This document shows, piece by piece, positions 35,085 to 47,867 of a stretch of 64,000 bases of DNA. How positions within the stretch are numbered: the stretch's first letter is position 1; every line of letters begins with the position of its first letter. The stretch lies in contig NW_005434642.1 in the NCBI RefSeq assembly GCF_000315625.1, positions 345,131-409,130 on the forward strand, written 5' to 3'. Below the pieces are notes generated by a model. It did no database searches. It was given only the letters and a program-made list of their open reading frames with translations, and was not told the DNA's origin. A program made the position numbers and the translations under genes. This DNA comes from Guillardia theta CCMP2712 (lineage: Eukaryota; Protista; Cryptophyta).

Positions 35085-38000
35085 ATGAAGGACAACGTTT
35101 CAGGAGCAAGCACAAGTGACTTGGGTGGTACCGTCAGACGCATTGCTGGTCGTCCGGCTCCACAGATCGGGTAGCGGATCTCCTGCGTTGTGGCTGTAAC
35201 ATCGTGCAAGGGGGCGGGGGCGAACAAGTCGTTCCAATGTCCGTGACCAGCCCAGTGCAGAGCAGGCGATCGACAGATGGCGATCACGGCTCGCAGTTTG
35301 ATGGGAAGTCAATGGACTTCGAGCGGGAGAGGCAAGTTAGCATTGTAACTGGATACGCGTTTGAAGGTGACACGGATTGGAAACTGATATTGGGGCATCT
35401 GAGGAGGGAGAAGAAGCGAATTCAGGCTAGGTCAGAGGAGCACTACGTGAACAGGTATTCAACCTTGCAACCTCTTGGGTTTGCTTCCTTCGTTGATCTT
35501 GCCGTTCAGGTCTCTGTTCTGTTTAACCAGCAGCAGCCGAGTGCGTGAGTCGCTGATCAAGTTCTCTGAGTGGCCATGGTTCAACAGGGCGATCCTTCTC
35601 CTCATCTTGCTCAACTGCTGCTTCCTGGTGCTGGAGGACCCAGTCTGCAGGTGTGAAACCCCCGTCTGCTCGGAGAGCGACAAGTACATCCGACTTCTCT
35701 ACTATCGGCGCGACTGCGAGGACTGGCCGACGACGGAGAGGATGCTGCTGGTGACAGAGATCTTCTTCACGTCCTGCTTCACGGCCGAGATGGTCATCAA
35801 GATCATCGCAAGGGGGTTCATCCTGCATAAGCACTCGTACCTGAGCGATCCGTGGAATTGGCTCGATTTTGTTGTGGTGGTCACCGGCCTGATCACTCTG
35901 ATCGTCCCAAGCTCGGGGAAATTTTCATTCTTGCGGACAGTCAGGGTGTTGAGGCCTCTGCGAACGATGACCAGGATATCGGGGATGCGGCCGCTGATCA
36001 ACACTTTCATCCGCTCTTTTGTCGCGCTCACCAACGTCGTCATGCTCCTGCTCTTCTTTGCTGTTGTCTTTGGGATACTGGGCATTGAGTTCTTCCAGAA
36101 GAGTCTTCGCGGGCGATGTTACATAGATCCGAACAACAATGATTTCTCCCAGCACCCTGCGGTGTGTGTACCATGTTTGGTCTGTTGGGTTGATGTAAAC
36201 TTGGCAGGTGCTGGCAAGGCTGCTGAGTCAGCAAGTGCCTTTTCTCGCCGATTCCATGGTCATGGTTGGGTGAGTGTCGCTCCTCCTGCTAGCGAAAACC
36301 TCCTGATTTGTCTCTGCCCAGTTCCAGAAACGCAAACATGTTCATATGCTCCTATGGGTCGAAGGGGGGCCATGGTTTAGGACAGGTTCGGAAAGACACA
36401 GAGGAGGAGAAAGAGGCAGAGCGAGAGAGACTGGCACAGAGCGGGAGGGAGGGGAGGGAGGGGAGTGAGCGAGAAGAGCGGGAGCGAGGAAGGTTGTACG
36501 AGAGAGAAAGAGCGAGAGAGGGGGCGGGTTGGGGTGCGGGGAGGGAGGGGTGCAACTTAACATCTACCCTTCAGGCTTGCCCGTCTGTTGCGATGGACGG
36601 AGTCTTCTGGAACACAACTTGCAGCCACTTTCGATACTGCATGACGGGGGACCCGACGAGCCCGTACCAACAATGCGCGGTTAGCTACTCATCTCCTCCA
36701 TGTCGTCCTGTTCCCTGACATTGTAGACCTCCCTTTAGAGAGACTTCAACTCGAACCCCTACGACCTGGGAGCGGGATACTTCAGCTACGACAATATCCT
36801 CTCTGCGTTCCTCACCATCTTCCAAGTCCTCACGGTGGAAGGCTGGACTGACATCTACTATCGGCATGGGGATGGGAGCAGCATGTAACGACCTCCCTCC
36901 CTCCCTCCCTCTTACCTCTCCCCCTCTTACCTCCCTCCCTCTTACCTTCCCTCATCCTATTTTCCCTCCCTCTCTCCCTCATCATAATTTCCCTCCATCA
37001 TCCTATTTTCCCTCCTTCACTCCCTTTCTCCCTCCTCCCTCTCATCTCCCACCCTCCCTCCCTCGATACTCTGATCCTCTTCCTCATCCATCGCTCGCTC
37101 TCTCTCTCCTCCCTCTCATCTCCCTGCCTTATCCTTGGCCCTCAACCTCTCTTTCCCGATTGCTCTCTTCCTCTTTTCCCTTCTCACATGCTCTCAAGGT
37201 GGCTGTCTCGAATCTTCCACTCTGCCTGGGTGTTCCTTGGATGCTTCGTGATTGTCCAGCTCGCTCTGGCCTCCCTGTCTGACGCGTTTCTGCTGGCAAA
37301 GGTGAAAGTGCTCGACATGAGAGAAATTTCTCTCCTCTTCTACTCCCCTCCTCCCCTCGTCTCCTCCTTCCTCCTTCTCAGGAACCAGAGCCCTTGACGC
37401 AACTGTTGAGACAGGAGGAGGAAAAAACACAGAAGGAGAAGGAGGCGCTGCACGACCAGGCCATCCTCAAGGAGGACGTCAGGTTACAAGTTAGCAAGAG
37501 TAAGTCGAGCATGCCGCTGCAGCTTGAGACTGAGACGATCTCCCTCTAGGGCTGTCTGCTTTCTCGGCACTGAGGAGGAGGATGAGTGTGGATACCTCGT
37601 CCCTGCGAGGGATTCCAATCAGACGCCTTTCACTCCTGAGCTCTGTCAATGAAAACTTCAAGAAGATCAGCGAGACGTTGAGGATCGACAAGGCCCGAGA
37701 GGTCTTTGCATGCCAGCCCGCCTAACGTGTCGCGTGATGTGTGTGGCAGTTGGCCCGATCGCTGGTGTACTCCGTTTACTTCCAGCGTTTTATCATCGTT
37801 TGCATCATCTCCAACACCGTCCTTATGATGATCAACTGGCACGACCAGGTAAGGTGGTGGGCAGGAGCGTCGGAAGCCCCTGAGACGAGCGGCAGAGTCT
37901 GTTCGAAGACAACATCTGCAAGCGCCGCTGCGACCTGGACGTCAGCCTCCCAGCCAACGCTTCTGACAAGTAACACAAGTGGTACCTTGCGATCGAGCCC

Positions 38001-41000
38001 TTCCTCACACTCCTCTTGTCGTGCAGCTGCGTCGGTCCCCTGTTCAACAGGTCCTTCTACAGCGACGGGCAAGGAGGAGGAGAGCGCCCGCTACAGACCG
38101 CCTACTGCTTCATGGAAAACGACGGGTTCTGCTCAAAGCACTCGACCAGGGGAAGCTGCATCAATTCCTTAGGATTCAACGGGATGCCTTGTCACTTCTT
38201 TCCCACGACAAGGAACTTCACGGAGACGCCAGACATGAACGAGCAAGGGCAATGCAAAACTGCCCTCTACACCCCCCAGACCTTCACACAGGTCATGGGC
38301 AAGGTTGTGCAAGGCTGCCCGATGCCTGTGAATCTGACAGCAAGTGCAGGTAATATCGCTGCGACACCTTTGCGGTGACGACAACAGCTGCGAAAGTTTC
38401 CCCTCCCAGCTGTTCTCCCAGCTCAACAACATCAACCTCGTCCTCACCGCCATCTTCATCGCCGAGATGGTGCTGAAGCTCTTCGGCCTCGGGGTCCAGA
38501 GGTACTTCCAGGACAACTTCAACTGCTTCGACTTCTTCGTCGTTGTGAGCTCCATCGTTGAGCTTGCTATCATCCCTTCCAACGGCAGCAACCGCGGGAG
38601 CTTGTCCGCCTTGCGGTTAGTGTCCCCTCTCCCCAAACCCTCCTCCTCCTCCTCCTCCTCCTCCTTCCCTCCCTCATCCCCTCCTTGAACTTCCTAGTAC
38701 TCTCATCTCAGCGCCCCTTCTGTCCCTCCCTTCCTTCTGTCGCTTTCCGCCTCCTGCACCCGCTCCCCGCTTTCTCCCTCTCCTTCTCGCTCTCCCTCCC
38801 TCTCTCTCTTCCTGCCGCCTCTGACGAGTTTGGCAGAGCCGTCAGGTTGTTCCGCCTCTTCAAGCTCGCCAGGTCTTGGAAGGACATGAGGAGGATTCTC
38901 AACACTCTCGCCGTCGCTCTTGGCTCCATGGGCCCCCTCTGCGTCATCTGGGTCATGTTCATGTATATCTTCGCTCTCCTAGGCATGCAGCTCTTCGGCG
39001 GGAAGTTCCGCTACTTCAAGACAGACTTCCCCCGCAGCAACTTCGACAACTTCTTCCCTCAAGTCGACGGCATCGGAGGATTCGTGACGACCTTCCAGAT
39101 TATCAGCACGGAGAACTGGAACGTCGTCATGTACAACGCCATCATGTCCGACAGCAATCCCACGGGGCTGAGAGCCGTGCAGGCGCTGATCCCCATCGCC
39201 ATCGTCGTCTTTGGGAACTACATCATCATGAACCTGTTCATCTCCATCCTCCTCCAAGGCTTCGGGGAGGACGACGAGGAGGAGGCGCAAGAGGCCACCG
39301 AGGGCATGGACTCGATGAAGTCCAGCAAGCTATCCCCCATCACTCTAGCTATCAAGAAGCTGGTGGGGGGGGAGAAGGTCAAGAGAACGTCCACGCTCGG
39401 CTCCCCCAACCGCATTTTCGCTGCCGGCAACCTCCCCCGGACTGCCTCCCTCCCCAAGAACTTCGAGCCAGTCAAGGAGCTTGTCAAAGTTTTCGGGTTC
39501 GACCTGCTGGTGCGGGTCAACCCCCACACCTCCCTGAGGGTCTTGAGGCCCAAGAACCCCTTCCGCCTCCTCGTCAGCTGGCTGGTCTACCACCCAACCT
39601 TCGAGTTCTTCATCATGACCAGCATCCTAATCACAAGTATCACTCTCCTCCTCGAACGACCCGACGACTCCTGGGTGGGTACTGAGAGCAACTGCCCTGC
39701 TCTAGGACTCAACTGCAGCGCCGTTAGCTATCCCGGACAGTCTGTCATGCTCAACTGCCCCAGGGATGCGACAGACCCTGAGTTCAACAACAATATTTGG
39801 GGACCGTGCGGGACGCCCACGGAGGCGCCGTGCTGCGTGATCAAGGAGAGGTTGAAGGTGTTCGAGAAGCTGGACCAGGTGTTCACCATCGTCTTCACCG
39901 TAGAGATGGTCCTCAAGATCATTTCCGACGGCTTCATCAGCCACAGGTTCTCATACCTGCGCAGCCCGTGGAACTGGCTTGACCTGGCCATCGTCATAAT
40001 TTCCCTCGTCGGCTCCTTCGGGCCCAGCAGCAACATCAAAACTTTCAAGTCCCTCCGCACGCTCCGTGCCATACGCCCGCTCAGAGTCATAAAGAGGCAC
40101 ATCGGGCTCAAGGTCGTTGTTGTCTGTATGATCTCCAGCATCCCAGCCATGTATCCTGTGCTCTCCGTCATGGTCCTCTGGTTCTTGACTTACGCCATCC
40201 TTGGCGTCAACTTCTACGCTGGCAACACGTACAGCTGCTACGACCCCCAGAACCAGAGGTACTACGGCACTTCCTACTTCCAGTCCTCCAGTGTTTACGC
40301 CTCCACCCTTCCCCTGGCCGGGCCGGATGCCGTCCCCACCATCGTCGAGTGCGTGACGGCAGGAGGAGGAGGGCTGGGGGTGTGGCAGCCCAAGTACTTC
40401 GGCTTCGATTCCATCGGCATGGCTGCGATGACGCTGTTCGAAGTTTCGACGACCGAAGGATGGATGGAAGTCATGGCGGCAACGACTGATATCCCCAACG
40501 GCCTGGGGGTATCACCACTGCCCAACCAGAGCGTGTTCCACTGCATCTACGCCTGCGTGCAGATCATCATCGGCAATTTCGTGCTCCTGAACCTGATCAT
40601 CGGTGTCGTCATTGCCAACTACACCAAGATCAAGAACAACGAGGAGGGCATCACTCCTTTCCTCACTCCGGAGCAGCACGAGTGGAAGGAGATGCAGCGA
40701 ATCATCAACCACCTGAAGCCGAGGACGAGGGTCAAGGGGCCTGAGCATCCCTTCCGCAACTGGTGCTTCCATCTCGCCACCAACCCGTGGTTCGAGTACT
40801 TCATGACAGTCTCCATCGTCCTCAACGTCCTTGTCATGACCTTCAAGACCCACGACGAGTCAGACTGCATGGTGGCGGCCGTTTTCTGGATCAACTTCAC
40901 CTTCGCCATCATCTTCATCTTCGAGGCCTTCGTCAAGCTGGTCGGGCTGGGAGTCAACTGGTACTTCGTGGACCCGTGGAACGTGTTCGACTTCGTCGTA

Positions 41001-42107
41001 GTCACTTTCTCCATCTTCCTCCTCGTCCTCGACATCGTCAACGGGGAGTGGAGCTGCCTCGTGGAGACCAACAGGAAGCTCAAGGTCCCTGCGCTGTCTG
41101 CCCTGAGGACCTTCCGCATCCTCCGCGTCTTCCGTCTCATCCGACGGGCCGTTGGGTTGCGCCAGATGATTCAGACCCTCCTGATCTCCGTGCCCTCAAT
41201 GACTAACATCTTCGCCCTCCTGCTTCTCATCATGACCATCTTCTCCGTCCTCGCTCTCTCCTTCTTCTACAACGTCAACACCTCGCAGGACATGTACGGC
41301 AGGATGAACGACGACGAGGCGAACTACCAGTACTTCGACAAGGCTATGTGGATGCTGCATCGGCACACGACGGGCGAGGCCTGGAACGGCATCATGACCT
41401 ACTGCTCGCAAGACGACCAGTTCCTCGCATGCCAGAAGGCCTACGGCGACTACCTCGGGGACGGCTGCGGGGGCTACTACTACGGGACCATCTTTCACGT
41501 GCTCTGGGAGGTCATCGGGACGTATGTCATGATGCAGCTGTTCACTGCCGTTATCCTCGAGAACTTTCACGAGCTCGCTCACGCAGACTCCGCCACCCTC
41601 CCGCTGGACAAGCTCAACGAGTTTGTGGACGCCTGGACTGAGCTGGATCCTGACGCCACCCAGAAGATCTCCATAGCCTCGCTCAGCACCCTCATCACCC
41701 GCCTCTCTCCTCCCCTGGGGACCAAGAACGATCAGAACGACCGCTCGACAGTCATGCAGATTATCAAGGACCTCAACATTCCCATCCACCAGGGCGGCTT
41801 CATCCGATACCACGAGACGTTCTTTGCTTGTGTCAAGCGCGTCCTCACTACCGACTTGGAGGAGGACGACCCTCAGTCCGCCAGGTCAGTCAGGTTCGGG
41901 GAGGAAGGGGACGAGCGCAAGGGCAGCGACGCCGCACAGAGCATGCTGGACGGGAGGCTACCAACGGCAGCGGAGGACTTTGCGGCGAGGTCAGTGCAGT
42001 CAGCCTTCAGAGAATACAGAGAGAAGCGACTGCAGGTTCTCAAGGGTTTCTCTAGGACGACGGAGCTCCCGATCGACGCCCCTCCTTCTGCCATCAAGAT
42101 ATTTTGA
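35085..42107 (+). CDS. Four-domain voltage-gated cation channel alpha1 subunit, EEEE filter (Cav-type), multi-exon
   Basis: S4 segments RTVRVLRPLR, RLFRLFKLAR, KSLRTLRAIRPLR, RTFRILRVFRLIRR; pore loops LTVEGW (~36838), ISTENW (~39111), STTEGW (~40456), TTGEAW (~41376); C-terminal EF-like LNEFVDAWTELDP..SPPLG and IQ-like AARSVQSAFREYR. Start codon uncertain. Confidence 0.95.
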
Positions 42108-42949
42108 ATTTTTTTTCTAGAAGTACTGAGGTGCGGCGACACTGAGCATAATTCAGCCCCCACCAGGCACTGACCGGTCAGTTATCAATCATAGTAGCCA
42201 TGATTCCTATCCGATAAATGTTTTGAAGAGATCAGTGCCGCGATCACTAGTCCGACATCAGTCACTACTGAGATGACCGATCGGCCGCAGTGAGGCCCCC
42301 CCCCAGCGCGGCCGGGCCGCCAAGCCGCTTCGACAACTTGAAGGCAAAGCCGCTTCGGGACTGCCAAGCCACCGCGTGACTCAGCCGCTGAGGGCCACTC
42401 AGTAACACTGGCAAACATTACGGGCCGTCAGACTGGGCCGGCCCGGCCCGGCGGGCAGGGCAGGCCGCTTCAGGCTCACGGTACCCGCTCGCCGTTTTTT
42501 TTAGAAGTTCGAACCCGTCGGCCTCTCTCCGCCGCCCGGCCGCGGGGACAGGCACCGGGCGGCGCCGGTGACGGTACTACCGGGTCCCCGCGGCCCGTGA
42601 CCGTACGGACTCGGATCAGTCGGACCGGGCCGCGGGCCCGCGGCCGCCCGGCCCGAGTCCATACTAGTAGCGGCGCCCGCTACTCGGAGGTACACGGGCT
42701 GCCGGGCGTTCCGACGACAGCGGCCGCTGGGCCCGGGCAGACCGAGTCACTGAGCCTCCCATTGCCAAGTTGCCACAGCCACGGTCGGAGTGGGCCGGCC
42801 GGGCCCCGGACCCGGCCAAGCCTAGTTCAACGGTTACCCGGGAGTCACTGATGAGTTTATGAAAGTTTGAATGAGACTATAAAAGTTTTTATGGGCGCTT
42901 GGCCCCTGCGCCACCAGCCGAAAAAGAGTGTTTTCGAACATGCTTCCAC

Positions 42950-45330
42950 TTCCTCTCCATAGCGGGGCTCGTTCAGTACTAGGACTCAGCTAGGACCAGA
43001 AACCGGTAAGAGATCCGACCGCTCCTACCCTCCGGCTCAAAGTTTGACTGATTTCTTTGTCAATGGAGTCTTGAGATAACTAAAGTCAGTCCGGTACTGA
43101 TTACTTTAAGTAAAACAATTGTCCTATGATCAAAATTTTGACTGATAGTTTCTGGTAGGAAAGTTTACTTAGGCATCTGTCAGACACTTTATCTTGATTC
43201 GGTTTGTACAAAGGAGTTATAAAAAGGGGCTTTGCCTGCGTCTACCCCTTATCTTCCTACGATATACCCACCCCTCTGTGTCTGCCGTGATGACCCCACC
43301 CGTTCTTTACGACTACCGCAACTAGCCACTATATCAGGAGACCACCCCACCTGCTTGTCTTCCAACTACCCCCCATGGTATCACCCATCAAACATCCTGT
43401 TACCCCCCACCCTCCACTCCAGTCCCTGAAATGAGCCGGGGGGGCGCATCCGTCTACACACTCGACAATACACCGGTCCTTTGTAGCCTGAAACTACCCC
43501 AGAATCAGTGCACAACAGTCTGGTACTATACGGTTCCTGAAAGAGACCCACCCCGTTGTCTCCTATGCTGACCTACCCTCTGTCACCAGTACTTCAACCC
43601 ACCCCACCCTCAGACATTTCAGCATCTCCCAAATCTCCTTTGCTCTTTATATCTAAACTCCTGAACCGGTGTCCGCAAAATCAAACTACCCCACCCTTAG
43701 ATCAAACTCCTCACTACCCCCTCGTGATTCATTCGCACCCCCTTTTTACTTCATTTTTCTGTGTAGTCTTCTACATTAGCATTATTCTAAATGCGAACAT
43801 ATGAAATTCAAGGTATGTACAGACCCTAGCGCCAGTGCCCCATCTTGTTCCTCTAGGGATCGAGACGATCACGGGTAGTAGCGATGTAGTTGGTGAATCT
43901 TCATGGGTGGGTTGAAAATTTGTGGGGGTAGGTTTATTCGGTGGGGTACACTTTTTCAGGGGTGTGAGTCGGGTACTTTTAGTAAAGATGAGGGTAGGGT
44001 CTCTTCTAATGGTGGTGGGTACCTGAAAACTCGACAAGGGGTGGTACATCAAAGGTGTGGTGGGTTGCAGGGACGATGGACCCCTGCAGCAGGGGTAAGA
44101 GATTTGTGACTACCCACCCAGGAAGTGCATGATCGCCCCCTTTCAGTCACCCACCCCCACTAGGTCAATTACCCCACCCACAAAAAACAATTTCATAATC
44201 TATTTTATTGGTCAACCCCCTCTAAGAGGAGGGGCTGTCGGGTGCGTACCATTATTATCAATCCGTCTGCTGGTGGGAGTTGCAAATGGGGGTAGGGTAT
44301 GAGTTTTGTGTGGGTCTTTTGGTACACCGGTGCCTTCAGCCAGGGTGCATTGAACTTTATTTAGATCAAGACCCCGTAATTTATCAGTAACATGGTGGGA
44401 AGGACTCCGGTGGGTACTGACCCTTTGCAACACTGTGAAGGTCTCCTTGAAAAGGGGGGGTCATAAGGAAAAGCTGCATCCCTGGGTAGTTAAACATTGG
44501 GGCTCTTGGTGTCGGGGTAGGGTCACGGAGCAAATACACGGGTATATTTGACCAATTCATTTGGGGTAGGGGTGTATTTGACGACAGTGCATGTGGGTAG
44601 AGTAAAAACAGAGATCAAGGTAGTGGGTGGTGTCTATGTGGGGTGATCCGAGCAAGGGTGGGGTGTAATGTCAGATGGTAGGGTCATAGAATCAAAAGAG
44701 TTCTGTGAGTAAATTTGTGGGTGGGGGTAGAGTTTGTGGGGGTAGCTCCCAATGGAGACGAGAATGGGTGGGTAGGGAAAAGCAAACAATCTTGAGTGAC
44801 AGTTCGCAGAGCCATACGAGCACTGAAACAGAGGGGTAGTAATGTTCATTAGTAAATAGTGGGTGGGGTACGCAGAATTTCAGGGAAGGTGGGTACAATT
44901 ACGAATTGAATTCGAGTATGGTGGGCCTCAAAGATTCGAGGGTGGAGGGGGTGGTACCTTCTGGCTTCATGAGGGGTGTTTTCTCAAGGACATACATGGT
45001 GGGTGGTTTTTTAGCTGAGGGTACGGGTGGGTATTTCATGGGAAAAACTGGGGTAGGGTAGCTTGTCTTTGAACCTCGGCCTCCACGCGCGGCCGCTGCT
45101 TCCTTCAGGCAGCCACCCTACCCCTACCCCCTTTTTGAATAACCCACCAGTGAAAGCAAGGATATAACAGGCTAGAAAACAAGGGGTAGTAGAATATGTT
45201 TCATCTCACCCTACCCGAGAAACCCCCCCAAAGCCCTCCTTCGATATACCCCCCACCCCTCCTGTTTTAACCGGAGGGGTCACCACTACCCCTACATTTG
45301 CCCTCAGATAGACACCACCCCTTGTATCCC
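42950..45330. repeat. Non-coding GGGGTAG/CTACCCC/CACCCACCC motif-dense region (class B)
   Basis: No credible ORF; recurring short G-/C-tract motifs with strand switches. Confidence 0.6.
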
Positions 45331-45564
45331 TGCCTATACCCCTGCTTGCTCTCTCCTCCCGCCCCCGTTCCTCCCTCTCGCACGTCCCGCCTCCTCCACA
45401 GTACCTGTCTCGTCTCAGCTTCTCCTTCCTGCCTCGCTGTCCTTCCCGGTAGCGTCCTCCTACCCAGCTCTCTGACCACGGCAACTGCCCTCACTGTGGG
45501 CTGAGGCCTCTTTGGTTCTGTTGAGCTCGCCACCGTCAGCGACTCCTTAGCACTTTCATCGGAA

Positions 45565-47867
45565 ATGCGGCAGCTAGTTCTCGCCCTTGCCATCATGGTA
45601 GGAGCACAGGCTTTCAACCTGGCTCCTTCCCTGCTCTCCTCCTCGAGAGTAACTCGCAGCTCTCTTTCGCAACATCGCTTCGCCGCACCCCGCAATGCCA
45701 GGGGCCGGGTTTCGACGATCAGCATGGCGACCAAGATCCCAAAGATCATTCAGGGAGGAATGGGCGTGCAGGTGATACTGACAATGAGCGCTCTGAGCCG
45801 TTTTCTGACATGTGTCTGCTCAGGTGTCTTCTTGGGAGCTTGCCCGTGAGGTCGCAAGAGCCGGCGAGTTGGGAGTCATTTCCGGAACTGCCATGGACAT
45901 GGTTCTTCTTCGCTGGATGCAGGACGGAGACCCCGGCGGCTTGTACAGGAGAGCGCTCTCGCACTTTCCTGATCAGGGAATGGTCAAGCGCTTCATGGAC
46001 AAGGTGACAAGCTTCCGCTGCCTTGTGTGTGGACCTGACGGTTGCCTAGTACTACGTGGAAGGAGGAAAGGACAAGAACAAGCCATACAAGCCTCTCCAG
46101 ATGTGGCAGCTCAACCCCGGACAAGAGCTTCAAGAAGCATGCGTGCTCGGAAACTTTGCCGAGGTCAGGATAAATATAGGAGGTTGCTTGGCTGACTCCA
46201 TATCAGGTTTGGTTGGCCAAGCACGGCGATGACAACTCGCTTGTTGACGGTGTGGTTGGCATCAACTGCTTGACGAAGATCCAGGTAGGACGATGTTGCA
46301 CTGATTGTTTTCACATGTACTTATCATCATCTCAGTTGCCGACCATCGAGTCCCTGTATGGTGCCATGCTCGCCGACGTTGACTATGTGCTCATGGGTGC
46401 CGGCATTCCCATGGTATGTTTGGTATTCTTCCTGCCTGTCTATAAGTAACGCTCCTCCTCGACAGGAAGTCCCGGGAATTCTCGACAGACTGGCTGCGAA
46501 CGAGGACGCGAAGCTTTCTATCGACATCGATGGCGGAGACCCAATCAAGCACGTCTTCTCTCCCAAGGCGTTCTGGTATGTTGAGCATGCAATCGCTCTG
46601 GCATGTGTAACGAGGCGGTGCAGGGCTGCTTCTGGACACCCCGAGCTTGCCGAGAAGAAGCTCAAGAGGCCCAACTTCCTCCCCATCGTCTCCTCCGTCA
46701 CTCTCGCCCAGGCCATGTTGAAGCGGGCAACCGGCGCAGGACCCACTAAGGGTATCCAGGGCTTCATCATCGAGCTTCCCAGTGCTGGTGGTCACAACGC
46801 TCCTCCCCGTGGCTTCCGATACGATGCCGTCCAGAAGTCGCACAAGCTCTCCCTCAACGAGCGCGGAGAGCCTGTCTACGGCCCCAAGGACGATATCGAC
46901 CTGCCCAAGTTCAAGCAGGCGGTCGGTGACCTTCCCTTCTGGCTCGCTGGCTACTATGCCAGGCCCGAGAAGCTCAATGATGTCCTCGCCCTCGGAGGTG
47001 CTGGCATCCAGGTTGGAACTAGCTTCGCCTTCACCAAGGAGAGTGGCCTTGCCCCCGAGCCCAAGCAGGTCGTCTTGCAGCGAGTCAGCCAGGGAGACCT
47101 CCGCGTGTTCACCGACCCCGTCGCTTCCCCCACCGGCTTCCCCTTCAAGGTTTTGGAGCTCGAGGGCTCGCTCTCCGACAAGGACAAGTACCTCGCCCGT
47201 CCTCGCGTCTGCAACTTGGGATACCTCCGCACCCCCTACATGGTGGGCCTCCTCCTCCTTCCATCCCTCCACCCTTTCTCTCTTTCTTTTTCCGTCCTCC
47301 TCTCTTCTCTCCTGATCTCCTGATCCCCTTCTCTGCTGCTGCTGACAGTTGGAGCAGAGAGATGACGGCAAGGTGGGATACCGATGCGCGTCGGAGCCTG
47401 TGGACGAGTGGGTGAAGAAGGGAGGAGATCTCGCTGCGACCGAGGGGAGGAAATGCCTCTGCAACAGTCTTATGGCCAACGCTGGGCTGCCGCAGGTCAG
47501 CCCCTTCAAGAAGGAAGGAGAGAGCGAGAGGTACATTGAGGAGATTCTCATCACTGCCGGGGACGACATCAACCAGATCCGCCGCTACATGAAGCAGAAC
47601 AAGGACGGGGAGTACGAGTACAGTGCAAAGGATGTCATTGATTACCTTTTGGGAAGATTCAAGGAGGAGGTAAGAAGGAGGAGGAAAGTTGACGATGAAA
47701 TTGGTGCTGACTTTGTCTTGCAGTACAACGACGAGCTCAAGTTGTACCAGGATGCGCACATGGCGGAGGATGGCAACGTGAGGGACGAATTGATGTCAAA
47801 GAAGAAGGATTTGCAGAATAAGATTGCGGATGTTGATGAGCAAAGAGCCGGTCTGGCGGGCAAGTAG
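45565..47867 (+). CDS. Nitronate monooxygenase / FabK-like FMN enzyme with bipartite plastid-targeting presequence, multi-exon
   Basis: Signal [21 protein letters not shown] followed by an S/R-rich transit peptide; [53 protein letters not shown] motifs. Confidence 0.88.

Noticed and set aside
43162-43174. 13-bp match AGTTTACTTAGGC with 62703-62715
   Set aside because: Short enough to arise by chance given the local AAGTT word bias
42850-45330. Intact transposon or endogenous virus
   Set aside because: No terminal repeats, target-site duplication or transposase/RT/capsid-like ORF seen by eye
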